A stretch of 64,000 bases of DNA from a virus: positions 6,004-70,003 of the IMG/VR virus record IMGVR_UViG_3300032087_006453. One strand, written 5' to 3'. Positions 46,006 to 55,966 of the stretch are shown piece by piece; position 1 is the first letter of the stretch, and each line of letters opens with the position of its first letter. Below the pieces are notes generated by a model. It was given only the letters and a program-made list of their open reading frames with translations. It made no database searches and was not told where the DNA came from. The position numbers and the translations under genes are program-made.

Positions 46006-46876
46006 AGATTAGCTCCATTTTTTCTTCGGTCCAACTGTTAATCTCTTCCTTGGTAAGCTTGTAGTATGGTAGATTCACGTGCATTCGTTGTAGCCCTTCG
46101 AGAGTTAGCGAATCACGAAGCGTGTACTTCACTAGGTCTGGATACGGAACGCTATCGGGATGATTGGCTCCGTAGTTTGCAACAATCTTGTCCATCATTG
46201 CAAAGTGAGATTCGTAAATGTGGAACGAACCTGCCGAATGATAGTAGTGTCCTAGCTCAATCTTATCTCCGGAAACTCTCGCATTGAGCTCGTTGAGCAT
46301 CAGTTGCTGATACATGCAGAACGTAAACACATCATTGCAGAAACCGAAGACTGCATCATTGGACCTCATGTGAACGCCTAGGTGCAGCTTGTTGTCTCGG
46401 ATGAAGAAATGAATGTACTGCGTGCAAGGATAATCCTTGTTGTTCTTTCCCTTGTGCTGGTATCCGTTGATGGTAATGCTTGCGCGACGAGTATCACGAT
46501 CCCGAATCAACTCATCACGAACCCACTCCCACTGATTTAGCCCGGTCCTCTCGTTGATGTTTCCGTGAATCCAAACTCCGTAGTTTGACTCAACCCTGTT
46601 TTCTTCATCAGCAATGTCTCGCCAAATCTTTGCAAGCTTACCGATGTTGCTTACATCCGGATTGTGCGACAAATACCACAGCCATTCTGTAACTGCATAT
46701 GAAGGCCGAAACTTTCGGGCAGGAACTTCAATAGAAAGAGCTGTTGGATCTTCGATCATCATTGAGTGCCAAAGGATCTCTCTCTGCTTCGAACCTCTGG
46801 AGTTTACGATCGAACCCTTGCTTAGCAGTTTCAGAGATTCAACAAAAGCTTCGTTTAGATTCTTGTAAGTTTGCAT
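45998..46876 (-). CDS. ThyA-fold enzyme, probable dCMP hydroxymethylase (Asp-type)
   Basis: SNYG, DTRRA, DYPCT (catalytic Cys), MRSNDAVFGFCND with Asp at the E. coli N177 / T4 gp42 D179 position, SFHIY. Confidence 0.75.
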   Translation of the reverse strand: MQTYKNLNEAFVESLKLLSKGSIVNSRGSKQREILWHSMMIEDPTALSIEVPARKFRPSYAVTEWLWYLSHNPDVSNIGKLAKIWRDIADEENRVESNYGVWIHGNINERTGLNQWEWVRDELIRDRDTRRASITINGYQHKGKNNKDYPCTQYIHFFIRDNKLHLGVHMRSNDAVFGFCNDVFTFCMYQQLMLNELNARVSGDKIELGHYYHSAGSFHIYESHFAMMDKIVANYGANHPDSVPYPDLVKYTLRDSLTLEGLQRMHVNLPYYKLTKEEINSWTEEKMELIYV

Positions 46877-46891
46877 GTTCTTCCTTTACTG

Positions 46892-46920
46892 ATTATACGT
46901 TCGGCTTTTGGCTTTTACAT
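46892..46920 (-). promoter_or_regulatory. Sigma70-like promoter for the nucleotide-metabolism operon
   Basis: ATGTAA-N17-TATAAT. Confidence 0.6.
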
Positions 46921-49900
46921 GATCTTGAACTTGGACCAGCGGCAAGACTTGCCCCAACCTTCCTGCTCGTTGATGATTGAAACGCAGATGCTGTAAGGTT
47001 GAATCTTGGTCTTTCCATCCCAGCCCCAGCAGTTCATCCATTCATTGTTGCCATCGTTTGAAGTTACTTTCATTCGAAGATAGTTCTTGCCGTTGCGAGT
47101 CCTCTTCTCCTGAACGATAGTGGGAACAAACCAGTACATCCACTCACTGTCCCATTCACCGATTGGCCTTACATCGTTATCTCGAAGTCGCTTGATTTGC
47201 CCTTCGGTAATAATCGTGTCAGGACTCACGTAGCCGAATAGATCGTTCTCATTTGCAATGATCTCACTCTTAGTAAACCCGGGCATGCCTGAGTTTTCCA
47301 AGCTGGCTCGCATGAAGTTGTCATATCCTTCCCATGGATTTCTCTTGAGCGACTTTCTAAGAGAGTTCCAGTTCGGAATCACGGTATCGTACATGTGCTT
47401 GTAAGACTCGAACTCCTTTCCAACAACCCCCATGGATTCAAAAGCACGAACACGAATCAGAGATTCCATGGTCTTCTTGTTGAACTTGGAGTGTCGCCAC
47501 TTTCCTTCGTCAGTCCACAGCATAGACTTAACATCATGATAAGGTCGATTCTCCATGATCTCATCGACCGCAGATTCACCAACGCCCTTGCAGGACATGA
47601 ACGATGGCATGAATCTCTTGCCACTGAGAATTGTCCAGCTCTTCTGAGCCTCGTTGATATCAAGGGGAACAATCTTGTAGCCTAGCGCTGCAACCTCGCT
47701 GAAGGCCTTGGCACGCTTGTCAGGATTGCCTTCCATTGACTCAAGGTAAGCACAGAGCCATTCCTCTTCGTAGTAGGTCATGAGCCAAGCGCAGTAGAAC
47801 GAATCAATGGCATAGGAAACAGCATGAGACTTGTTGAACGAGTAAGCGGTGAACTTCATGATGTCATCATAGAGATCTTCCGCATCGTGACGGCCCATGC
47901 CGTTGCCAACGAAGCCGTCAATAATTCTGTTCTTTAGAGCCTTTGCCTTTTTTGCAGCGTCGCCAGAAGATTGCTGAGGCTTCATCATCTTTCGAACCGC
48001 ATTGCATTCTTCAAGTGGAATGCCGGCAACACGGTTAACGATTGCCATAGTCTGTTCCTGGAAGACGATATGACCGAAAGTAGGCGCAAGAATCTCTTCT
48101 AGGATGGGGTGCTTGTAGATGATACTACCGGGATCAGCCTTGGATTGCAGGTACTTTCTATCAATCTTCATCGCAAGTGGACCTGGCCTGTAGATTGAAG
48201 TCAGCGCAGCAATTTCTTCGATTGATTTTGGCTTAGCCTTCTTGAACAGTCGCTGAGCACCGTGATTCGTACACTGGAAGATGCCTGCCCATCTAGCTTC
48301 TGCATAGACGCGATAGACTTCTTGATCGTTGAAGTCGATGACCTCGTTCGCCATGTTGTTATCAAACCATTCGGTAACATCAGAATATGCAGGGTTTTCA
48401 ATGCCATGCTTTCTGGTGAGGATTAGCTCAATCGTTCGATCGATCATCCGAAGGGTTTCAAGGCCGAGAAGATCAAACTTAATCCAACCGAAGTGTTCCA
48501 GGTGCTTGTAAGAAGCACCTTCAACCCAAGGTGTTTGCAGCTCACCCTTTGCAAGAATGAGTGGCATCCTCTCCTTGATGTTCTCAGAAACGATGACACC
48601 GCCGGCGTGGCGACCTAGGGACTTGTTCTGCTGGAAAAGAACACCAATGGGTTCGATAATCTCCGGATGATCTTGCGCAAGCTTTCGGAAAGATTCTGAG
48701 TACTCAAGTGCCCACTCTAGAGTCGGAGTGATAGGTCCGTTGACTGGAATCTTGTCACGCTTGAGTCCAGACCTAATGTCCTTATCGAGAGGGCCGAGAG
48801 CACGGTTTACCTTTGTGAACTCAATCCCGTAGAAGCGAGAAATGTCTTTGACGAGAGACTTCAGTTGGAACCGGTTGTAGTTAGAGATGGGGACAATGTT
48901 GTCCTCACCAAACTCACCTCGAAGCAAGCCTAGAAGCTTATCACGGTCACCAACATCGGTATCGATATCAGGATAGTCGGTACGAGTGGGATCCATGAAG
49001 CGTGAGAAAAGAAGACCGTACTTCAGGGGATCGACGTCCGTAATCCCGAGGACGTAGTTTACCAGAGAGCCTGCTCCAGAACCACGACCCGGGCCAACTC
49101 GCATCTGTGTCTTTGCAAGATCGATGATGGCCTTCGTTGTAAGAAAGTACTCAGAGAACTCCTTGTCAAAAATAACCTGAAGCTCTTCCTTGAGACGAGA
49201 GACATACTCTGGCTTTTGGTGGAGATTCTTCTTGATCAAACCTTCCTTCGACGCTTCTAGCAAAGCATCGTTAGCCGTCTTTCCAGCAGGAATTGTGTAC
49301 GATGGAAGCTTCATCGACTTGTCTGGGTGAATGTCGCCAATCACTTCGTGTGCGATGTCATGCGTTCTTTCGATTGCTGCGCAAACAACATCGTCATCGT
49401 AGAAATCGTAACCTTGCTTTGTAGCGTGGTAAGTTTCCCAAACCTGGTTTGCATTCTTCGGATACAGCTCACACTTCAGATCTTCTCTTGACTGAGGAAG
49501 CTTCGAGGGATCAAAATCCTTGTAGTTAAGCCATCCGAGCTTCTTGTAAAGCTCACGCTCCTTCCAGTGATCCGGATGTGAGTAGTGCGAATCACAAGTC
49601 ACGACGAGCTGATCAGAAAGTCCGTTTTGCTTTGCAAATTCAATGATTGCCCTGTTGACAAGGTGCTGAGCTGAAAGATGGTTAAACTGAATCTCGAGCA
49701 TCACGTTGTGCCTGCCTACGGCATCGGCAAGCATCTCATATCCGTTGCCAACGGAATTCATCATCCTTTCAAGGAGCGCAGGATTGTCCAGCAGCTTTGC
49801 ATTCAAATCGTCGAACTCAACCTTCTGGAGATGTGAAAACGCTTCGTAAGCCAGGGGGCCACCGAGGCACGCAGTGCTCACGAGGAGGTGGTCACCCTTG

Positions 49901-50502
49901 GCCGCTTCCTTTAGCATCCTGTAGTCCACACGAGGAAACCGATAAAATCCCTCTGAGTAACCACGACTAACAAGGCCAAATAGTCTCTCGAGGCCAACAG
50001 AGGTCTTTGGCAATACAACGAGATGATGCCGCCGCTTGATAGGATCGTAGAACTTACCGGACTTAGTCTCTTCCTCATTCTCAACCGTAAGGCCGGCTTC
50101 CTCGATTGCAATGTCAACGATCTCATCGTCTTCGTCAGTCTGAACCTTCAGCGGAGTTACCAGCTCCTCACGCATGCGACGGAGCTTGGCAAGCGCCGAT
50201 GCGTCTCCTCGCTTAGCCGCCCTCTTGATTTCGTAATCAAGGTTCCAAGCCGTGAGATCTGGATGCACATACATCTCACACCCAGGAATGAACTTGAAGT
50301 TTGCGCCCTTCGAGTTTAGCTTCTCGGAATGCAGGTATGCATGAGCAAAACCATTCATGTGACCGTGATCAGTCAACGACCACGCGTCCATTCCATTCTC
50401 TCGAACAAAGTCAATGTGCTCCTGCGGATATCCTAGGCCGTCAAACGTTGAAAAGCCGGAATGCGCATGCAAGCCAACAAACCTAGAAGGAACTTTGCTC
50501 AT
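46915..50502 (-). CDS. dnaE: DNA polymerase III alpha subunit (family C)
   Basis: HAHSGFS.FDG, TDHG, GCEMY, DSHY (PHP domain); GPGRGSGAGSLV, PDIDTD, HAGG, KFDLLGL, YRPGP, YSFNKSHA; TTGAAA-N17-TATGAT upstream supports the 50502 start. Confidence 0.95.
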   Translation of the reverse strand: MSKVPSRFVGLHAHSGFSTFDGLGYPQEHIDFVRENGMDAWSLTDHGHMNGFAHAYLHSEKLNSKGANFKFIPGCEMYVHPDLTAWNLDYEIKRAAKRGDASALAKLRRMREELVTPLKVQTDEDDEIVDIAIEEAGLTVENEEETKSGKFYDPIKRRHHLVVLPKTSVGLERLFGLVSRGYSEGFYRFPRVDYRMLKEAAKGDHLLVSTACLGGPLAYEAFSHLQKVEFDDLNAKLLDNPALLERMMNSVGNGYEMLADAVGRHNVMLEIQFNHLSAQHLVNRAIIEFAKQNGLSDQLVVTCDSHYSHPDHWKERELYKKLGWLNYKDFDPSKLPQSREDLKCELYPKNANQVWETYHATKQGYDFYDDDVVCAAIERTHDIAHEVIGDIHPDKSMKLPSYTIPAGKTANDALLEASKEGLIKKNLHQKPEYVSRLKEELQVIFDKEFSEYFLTTKAIIDLAKTQMRVGPGRGSGAGSLVNYVLGITDVDPLKYGLLFSRFMDPTRTDYPDIDTDVGDRDKLLGLLRGEFGEDNIVPISNYNRFQLKSLVKDISRFYGIEFTKVNRALGPLDKDIRSGLKRDKIPVNGPITPTLEWALEYSESFRKLAQDHPEIIEPIGVLFQQNKSLGRHAGGVIVSENIKERMPLILAKGELQTPWVEGASYKHLEHFGWIKFDLLGLETLRMIDRTIELILTRKHGIENPAYSDVTEWFDNNMANEVIDFNDQEVYRVYAEARWAGIFQCTNHGAQRLFKKAKPKSIEEIAALTSIYRPGPLAMKIDRKYLQSKADPGSIIYKHPILEEILAPTFGHIVFQEQTMAIVNRVAGIPLEECNAVRKMMKPQQSSGDAAKKAKALKNRIIDGFVGNGMGRHDAEDLYDDIMKFTAYSFNKSHAVSYAIDSFYCAWLMTYYEEEWLCAYLESMEGNPDKRAKAFSEVAALGYKIVPLDINEAQKSWTILSGKRFMPSFMSCKGVGESAVDEIMENRPYHDVKSMLWTDEGKWRHSKFNKKTMESLIRVRAFESMGVVGKEFESYKHMYDTVIPNWNSLRKSLKRNPWEGYDNFMRASLENSGMPGFTKSEIIANENDLFGYVSPDTIITEGQIKRLRDNDVRPIGEWDSEWMYWFVPTIVQEKRTRNGKNYLRMKVTSNDGNNEWMNCWGWDGKTKIQPYSICVSIINEQEGWGKSCRWSKFKIM

Positions 50503-50592
50503 ATCGATACCTCTCTTTGGTCCATCATAATAAAATTGCCCGCCTTTTTCAAGACGAGCAACTAGTTTCAAGAACGATTTCAGCAGTCATGA

Positions 50593-50838
50593 CTAAGAGC
50601 AAATTTCAATACAGTCCTCAATCCTGTTAACGCTAAAATCAAAATCGTTTTCAAGGTGATACAAAATTGCGTTACCAAACATGAAAGCTATTTCACCATA
50701 CTTGGAAGACTCAACGCATATTCCAACATCCCCTGGCTGTAATTGGGCCGGCGCGAGCATCAGCTGTTCATCTTCTGAATCGAAGAACATCATGAAAGGT
50801 GCCCGGCAGATCACGAGATCACCGTTGCTGAAGCTCAA
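50593..50838 (-). CDS. Hypothetical protein
   Basis: 81-aa coupled ORF. Confidence 0.5.
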   Translation of the reverse strand: MSFSNGDLVICRAPFMMFFDSEDEQLMLAPAQLQPGDVGICVESSKYGEIAFMFGNAILYHLENDFDFSVNRIEDCIEICS

Positions 50839-51053
50839 GCCTCTGCCTGAATCGTCTCAGCATCTTGAAGAAGCCTGTTGATTGACGACTCAATGTAATC
50901 GGTGAAATCAGGATGTGGGTAAAGAACATCGTTCTCTACGGTAAGCGAAAGCGTTCGAAGTTGGTCGGTTACATCCGTCCCTGTGAGAATTGCAAGCTGA
51001 ACGAGTCGTGCAATTTCTGCAATGGCCGGGTCACCTAGGGTAATCTTAGTCAT
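50835..51053 (-). CDS. Hypothetical protein
   Basis: IARLVQLAILTGTDVTDQLR; AAGGAG RBS. Confidence 0.6.
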   Translation of the reverse strand: MTKITLGDPAIAEIARLVQLAILTGTDVTDQLRTLSLTVENDVLYPHPDFTDYIESSINRLLQDAETIQAEA

Positions 51054-51071
51054 GTCATCTCCTTTTCGTGA

Positions 51072-51503
51072 TTATACACTTTTGTGGTTGCTGATAAACC
51101 AGCTATGGTAATGATTTAGCGCATGATCTTCTGGCGAAACCTCGTGGGCTCTGCCTTTAATGAAAATCATCCAGGCGTCGTTGGCGTATTTTCCACAACC
51201 GTGAAGATCGCTGGCAATATTCCAATTGCCAGCGATGTACTGTTCTGCAAACTTCTTTAGAGATTTTGCTCTTCGATTGTAGAAACCTAGTGGCCGCATC
51301 ATCTCAACTAAGCTTTCGTGATCAGCACAAAGAATACTTTCTGCTGTTGGCCACTTATCAAAAAACTCGTCGACGATCTTGTCAAGCTGCTTCCTCCTGG
51401 TTTGGTTCAAGAGAATGCAGCAAACAAGAATTTTGTACTCGTCTCCCGGATAGTGTTCCTGTATGAGGTCATGAGGAGAAACTGGCGCTACGTAAGAATC
51501 CAA
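51072..51503 (-). CDS. MBD4-like HhH-GPD mismatch DNA glycosylase
   Basis: SP..LIQE, KILVCCILLNQT, PLGFYNRRA, LHGCGKYANDAW.IF, PEDHALNHYHSW mirror the MBD4 catalytic domain. Confidence 0.85.
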   Translation of the reverse strand: MDSYVAPVSPHDLIQEHYPGDEYKILVCCILLNQTRRKQLDKIVDEFFDKWPTAESILCADHESLVEMMRPLGFYNRRAKSLKKFAEQYIAGNWNIASDLHGCGKYANDAWMIFIKGRAHEVSPEDHALNHYHSWFISNHKSV

Positions 51504-51937
51504 TTTACCACCGAGGGGAAAACGAGACCGGCCGTGTTAAACGCGATGTGCGCAACAATGCCAGCTCTCACCGACTCTGTAGTATACCTTAGGTGACTCA
51601 AATATACAGAAAATGGAAACAGAAAAACTGCCGACTCGAGAGGATGAACAAAGGCGAACAGGACAGCAACAAACCAAGCTACCTTGCTTTCAGAGGCAAA
51701 CTTCTTTACGAACTTCCACAGTAGTCCTCTGAAGATTATTTCCTCGCCTACCGGAATGACAACCGAGATAAGGAGCACGAAAAGGACGTATTCCGCCAGA
51801 GAAGCCGACGAAACAAAATCTGAAACGGCGGAACTGAGTTCGGTCTGCTTAAGAATTGCTCTTTGGCAAAATGTCAAAATAGCATTTAAGCTAGCTGCAA
51901 TTAGAGCAACACGAAAAAAATTAACTCTTAGAATCAT
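51488..51937 (-). CDS. CPBP (CAAX/Abi) intramembrane protease
   Basis: PVGEEIIFRG, LFAFVH, IVAHIAFN. Confidence 0.85.
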   Translation of the reverse strand: MILRVNFFRVALIAASLNAILTFCQRAILKQTELSSAVSDFVSSASLAEYVLFVLLISVVIPVGEEIIFRGLLWKFVKKFASESKVAWFVAVLFAFVHPLESAVFLFPFSVYLSHLRYTTESVRAGIVAHIAFNTAGLVFPSVVNWILT

Positions 51938-52268
51938 CTTTCATGCTCAGCTTCTCAACCAGGGCAGTTAACTTTTCTCTCTCCTCCCTCAGAAACTGAA
52001 CTTCGACCCTGAGCGCAGCGGTCTCTTCCGCAAGAACTCTCAGCTTTTCTAGTAGGTCGTCCCTTTCATTTCTCGATGTGTCTAACTTAGCTTCTAAAAC
52101 TGCAACGCGTTCGCGCAGGTCATCACGGTAAACGTGTTGCTGCGCTTTATCTTTCTCTTCAGATGCAGCCTTGATTTCAAGCCGCTTCTGGTAGAATTGC
52201 CACGCTGACGCGCCGCCGAGAGTACCGACAACGGCCACGAGAAGTGTGACGATGTCACTCTGTTCCAT
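51921..52268 (-). CDS. TM plus coiled-coil protein (holin/spanin-like)
   Basis: N-terminal TM segment, then a long heptad coiled coil. Confidence 0.5.
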   Translation of the reverse strand: MEQSDIVTLLVAVVGTLGGASAWQFYQKRLEIKAASEEKDKAQQHVYRDDLRERVAVLEAKLDTSRNERDDLLEKLRVLAEETAALRVEVQFLREEREKLTALVEKLSMKDDSKS

Positions 52269-52653
52269 TTTTCATTCTCCTTTTCGTTGCCATAACTAAT
52301 CTTTCTTTATCATCTCTAAGCCATAAGAATATGGATACAAGAGCCTGAACGAGATATGTTCCATGATCAGGATAGTTCCAGTGACCGTGATTAAACTCAA
52401 TCATGCTTGCGGCAGTAAAAAAAGCAATTGCCATAAGCAAGCCAGCTTGTCTAACCCTTAGTTTCTCGAACAGGAGCCCCATAAAGAGCACGATCCCAGA
52501 CGTAACTCCCACTGCTGACCAAATTGTTGGTGAGCAGCAGAAAACGTGGGATCGCATAGGGTCAATGAAAATTAGAACCAAGACCAACATGAACTCGGTT
52601 AGCTCGCTGTCTGAGTAAACGAGTATCTGTTTTACATTCTGAAACACTTTCAT
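52255..52653 (-). CDS. Multi-pass membrane protein (possible holin)
   Basis: 3-4 TM segments, basic C-terminus; ATATTTAT motif upstream. Confidence 0.5.
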   Translation of the reverse strand: MKVFQNVKQILVYSDSELTEFMLVLVLIFIDPMRSHVFCCSPTIWSAVGVTSGIVLFMGLLFEKLRVRQAGLLMAIAFFTAASMIEFNHGHWNYPDHGTYLVQALVSIFLWLRDDKERLVMATKRRMKNGTE

Positions 52654-52695
52654 TCTGCAGGTTCCTGACTTGTTCGCTTATAAATATCATCCAAC

Positions 52696-54552
52696 TTAGA
52701 TGATTTCGCAAGCACCGCCAGCACATGCAGCCTGATCAGTCAACTCCGTGTTGTCTTCCATTTCAATGACGTTTGTAAGGTCAACATTCTTCATGCTTTC
52801 CATCAGCCGATCGTAAGTCTCCTTATCGCAATCCTCGAAGGGAGCCTGCTTGTAGGTGTGATCTGAAGATGGAAGAACCGAAAGACCGTTGTAGTGTTCA
52901 CGGTTTTCCCACATCCAGTCACGAACTTCGTCCCACTCATGTTCCTTGATGTTAATCGTTGCCGAGACGTTGTGGGTATTCTGGCCTTTTCGATGTCCGT
53001 TGCGAATCCAGTCTACGCTAACTCGCTTAACTCTCTCAAGCAATTCTAGGGCCGTTTCAGATCGTAGGATTGCACCATCAGGCGCCTTCTGAGGGGCGGA
53101 GATGACCGCAGTGTCATGTGGTCGGAAGAATTCATCTTCGATGAGCTCTGGATGGAACTGGACCAGGTAGTTGTAGATTGCCTCGTTCTTTCCTACGCGA
53201 AGACGGCGGATGTAGTAATCGTTGTGCCAGGCGTGAATGCCTGAAGAAGTTCCTAGCGTTAGGGAGGTTGTTCCCGCGGGCTTGACGCACGTGGTTCGGG
53301 CTGCAGGGTTGACTCCCAGCAATGCTGCCACGCGAGCGTTCTCTTCCTTTACAATTTTTGCACCTGCCTTCATGTCAAGATTCAACACATGGCCAGAAGC
53401 AATGCCGGTCATTGAAACACCGATGAGAGCATCCTTCTCAGTGTTGCGTTGCCAAACAGGTCTCAAATAGTGAAAGTCGGTGTAAGATGTTTGAAGTGTT
53501 CCAATAAACGTAGCTGCGCGAACGCGGGCCTCATATTCTTCCTGGCTATCGACGTTGGAAACGTTGATCTCGGTGAGATTGCAGAACTGGTTTGGCCTGA
53601 GTGCGATCTCGCAACAAGGGTTTGTTCCCCAGTCCTTATCATGAGAAAGGTAGATCCCTGGTTCTCCGGCGCCGGAAGCTCGGATACGCTCCCATAGATC
53701 GTTAAAGTAATCGCGATCGATCCGATGGCGCAAAAGCACAGCAGAGTTGTTGGCTCGCCCACGCTGAGGGTTTGTCTCCCACCAGTTGCCAGACTTGCAC
53801 GAAATCATTTCCTCATCATCAGCCGAGAACAGGCAAATAAGTGCAGCGCGGCGGATTCCTCCCGCAAGCACAGCATCGGCAATGTGGCACATGATGTCAT
53901 GGCACTCAATCGGAGTAAGCTTGTCGCCAGTCTGCTTAGAAGCCAGAATGCCCTCAACCTTTACCAGGCATTCCTTGAGAGGCTGCGAACCTGGAGCTTT
54001 GCCACCACTCGTTACGAGTCGTGCTCCCTTTGGTCGAATGTCGGAGAAGTCGAACCTGAGCTTGGAAGTGCCCTTGAAGTAAGAATGAAGAAGTGCCTTG
54101 ACTGCGTCTGCCCATCCTTCGATGGAATCTCCAACGAGAAAACGACGAGTACGGTTTAAGTTTGGAAGGCTGATCTCCGGAAGCTTTTCCACGTGGTGGG
54201 CCTGAACTGAATACCCGACTCCGGTTCCTCCCAAGAGAAGAAACATAGCTTCAGAAAAAGCCCTAGCGTCGTCAATTGGCATGTAGGCGCAGTTGTAGAT
54301 TCGGTTTGGAGCAACCTCGATGGGCTTTCCGCCGAACTGCATCGATCTCATAGAAGGAAGAACCTTTCGATCGTAGACAAACCTGTACGCCTCTTCGATC
54401 TCTTCCTTCAACTCTGGGTGCTTCTTGACGTGCATGGCAACGTTTCTTTCAACGATCTCCTCAAAAGTCTCGCGTCGAAACTTTTCAGAATCATAGCGTG
54501 CATACTTCATATGAACTGTTACGTCAGATAGAATCTTTGACGCGATTTCCAT
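52696..54552 (-). CDS. nrdJ: Class II (adenosylcobalamin-dependent) ribonucleotide reductase
   Basis: PSMRSM, IYNC, GTGVG, GGIRRAA, RANNS, GEPG, TNPCCEI, CNLTE, KPAGT, C-terminal ACAGGAC; no small subunit in the window. Confidence 0.9.
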   Translation of the reverse strand: MEIASKILSDVTVHMKYARYDSEKFRRETFEEIVERNVAMHVKKHPELKEEIEEAYRFVYDRKVLPSMRSMQFGGKPIEVAPNRIYNCAYMPIDDARAFSEAMFLLLGGTGVGYSVQAHHVEKLPEISLPNLNRTRRFLVGDSIEGWADAVKALLHSYFKGTSKLRFDFSDIRPKGARLVTSGGKAPGSQPLKECLVKVEGILASKQTGDKLTPIECHDIMCHIADAVLAGGIRRAALICLFSADDEEMISCKSGNWWETNPQRGRANNSAVLLRHRIDRDYFNDLWERIRASGAGEPGIYLSHDKDWGTNPCCEIALRPNQFCNLTEINVSNVDSQEEYEARVRAATFIGTLQTSYTDFHYLRPVWQRNTEKDALIGVSMTGIASGHVLNLDMKAGAKIVKEENARVAALLGVNPAARTTCVKPAGTTSLTLGTSSGIHAWHNDYYIRRLRVGKNEAIYNYLVQFHPELIEDEFFRPHDTAVISAPQKAPDGAILRSETALELLERVKRVSVDWIRNGHRKGQNTHNVSATINIKEHEWDEVRDWMWENREHYNGLSVLPSSDHTYKQAPFEDCDKETYDRLMESMKNVDLTNVIEMEDNTELTDQAACAGGACEII

Positions 54553-55964
54553 TACTCTTCTCCGTTTGCTAGTTTGTTGGTAACTTCCCGCCACTTTTTA
54601 CGAAGCAGGTTCTTTTCTGCATTGCTATCTTGATTCACAGCTTCATTTAGCGTCAGTTCAGACTCGTCTAGCAGTGTGATTCTCGATTGCGCTGTATTGA
54701 TGTTCATCGGGAACAGGATTCCGTCACGGCCAGCTCTGTTCTTCGCGATGTATAGACGACCATGCCCAGTCGACTTTTCCATGGCCTTTCTACTCAGTGA
54801 CACAACAACGTCTGCAACCATTGCCTTTCCGTAGGCTTCAGACATGTTTTCAAGGCCAACGATATCGCTATTTGCGGAATCCCTGTTTGCTTGACTCGCA
54901 GTCCAGATGGGAACGTTCATTTCCATTGCGAGGTTACGAAGCTCTTCGTAGACTAACTTGAGCTCATGCCTTAGCGAGTCGTAAGACTTGGTAGACTTCA
55001 TGATGTCGGCATAATCAATCACAATGAGGCTTGGCTTAAATCCTTTTAGAGAAAGCTTCTCAACGTGATTCCTAATCGTGATGACGCTAGCGGACCCTGT
55101 TGGATATTCCTTGATGATCAGTCGGCCTAGCTCTTCATTCTCGTAGAAATCGAGAACTCTCTTCTTTGAGGCAATCAAATCATTGACATCAATTCCGGTT
55201 AGGTTTGCATCATACCGACGTCCAACTGCTGTCTCGGTCAACTCAAACGTGTAGTGAAGCACATTCTTGCCGTGCCTAAGAGCGTTCGCTCCCATGGCAA
55301 CAAGGTAGTGAGACTTTCCAACTCCGGTATTTGCAGTAACGACACCGATCTCACCTCGACCGAGGCCGCCGTCAAAGATGTCTGGAGCATCGAGCTTTTT
55401 AAGTCCGGTTGGGCAAGGAATACGGTGTGCCTTTACAAAGCGAGCCTCAATGTCCTCAAAGAAATCATGGCCGATAGAATGCGGCATACCTACCGCAACG
55501 GCATCCTTCATCAGTTCGATGACGCTGTCGAAACGATCTGTTTGGATCAGTTCAACGGCCTTGTGCAAAGCATCCTTGAAAGCTTGACGCTTGCAAAAAT
55601 CTAGAGTCTTGTCCTTGACGTAACCGATATCTCCCGGATGGGGATTCGACTTGAGACGATGAAGGAACTCAACAATCTGATCTCTCAGAATTACATCGTT
55701 TCCCTCGCTAAGGTCTTCCTTGATGATCGTGATGAGAAGCTGAAGCGTAGGAAACGCCTTGTACTGGGAATAGTACTTGAAGTACAACTTCGTCAGATAG
55801 TTCAGATAATTGAGATCAAAGAACTCCGGAAGCATGACCTCGTACATCTGCGAAGCCCATTCTCTATCCATGAGAAGACCCTGGAAGATCTTTTCTTGAA
55901 ATGGTTTTCCGTAGTGTGAGAAGCACGAATTGTGCCCGTGTAGTTCTACCTTTTCTGCCTGCAT
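54552..55964 (-). CDS. dnaB: Replicative helicase (DnaB / T4 gp41-like)
   Basis: GGLGRGE, ANTGVGKS, YTFEL, IKEYP, VIDYAD, WTASQANR, AKNRAG. Confidence 0.9.
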   Translation of the reverse strand: MQAEKVELHGHNSCFSHYGKPFQEKIFQGLLMDREWASQMYEVMLPEFFDLNYLNYLTKLYFKYYSQYKAFPTLQLLITIIKEDLSEGNDVILRDQIVEFLHRLKSNPHPGDIGYVKDKTLDFCKRQAFKDALHKAVELIQTDRFDSVIELMKDAVAVGMPHSIGHDFFEDIEARFVKAHRIPCPTGLKKLDAPDIFDGGLGRGEIGVVTANTGVGKSHYLVAMGANALRHGKNVLHYTFELTETAVGRRYDANLTGIDVNDLIASKKRVLDFYENEELGRLIIKEYPTGSASVITIRNHVEKLSLKGFKPSLIVIDYADIMKSTKSYDSLRHELKLVYEELRNLAMEMNVPIWTASQANRDSANSDIVGLENMSEAYGKAMVADVVVSLSRKAMEKSTGHGRLYIAKNRAGRDGILFPMNINTAQSRITLLDESELTLNEAVNQDSNAEKNLLRKKWREVTNKLANGEE

Positions 55965-55966
55965 TT

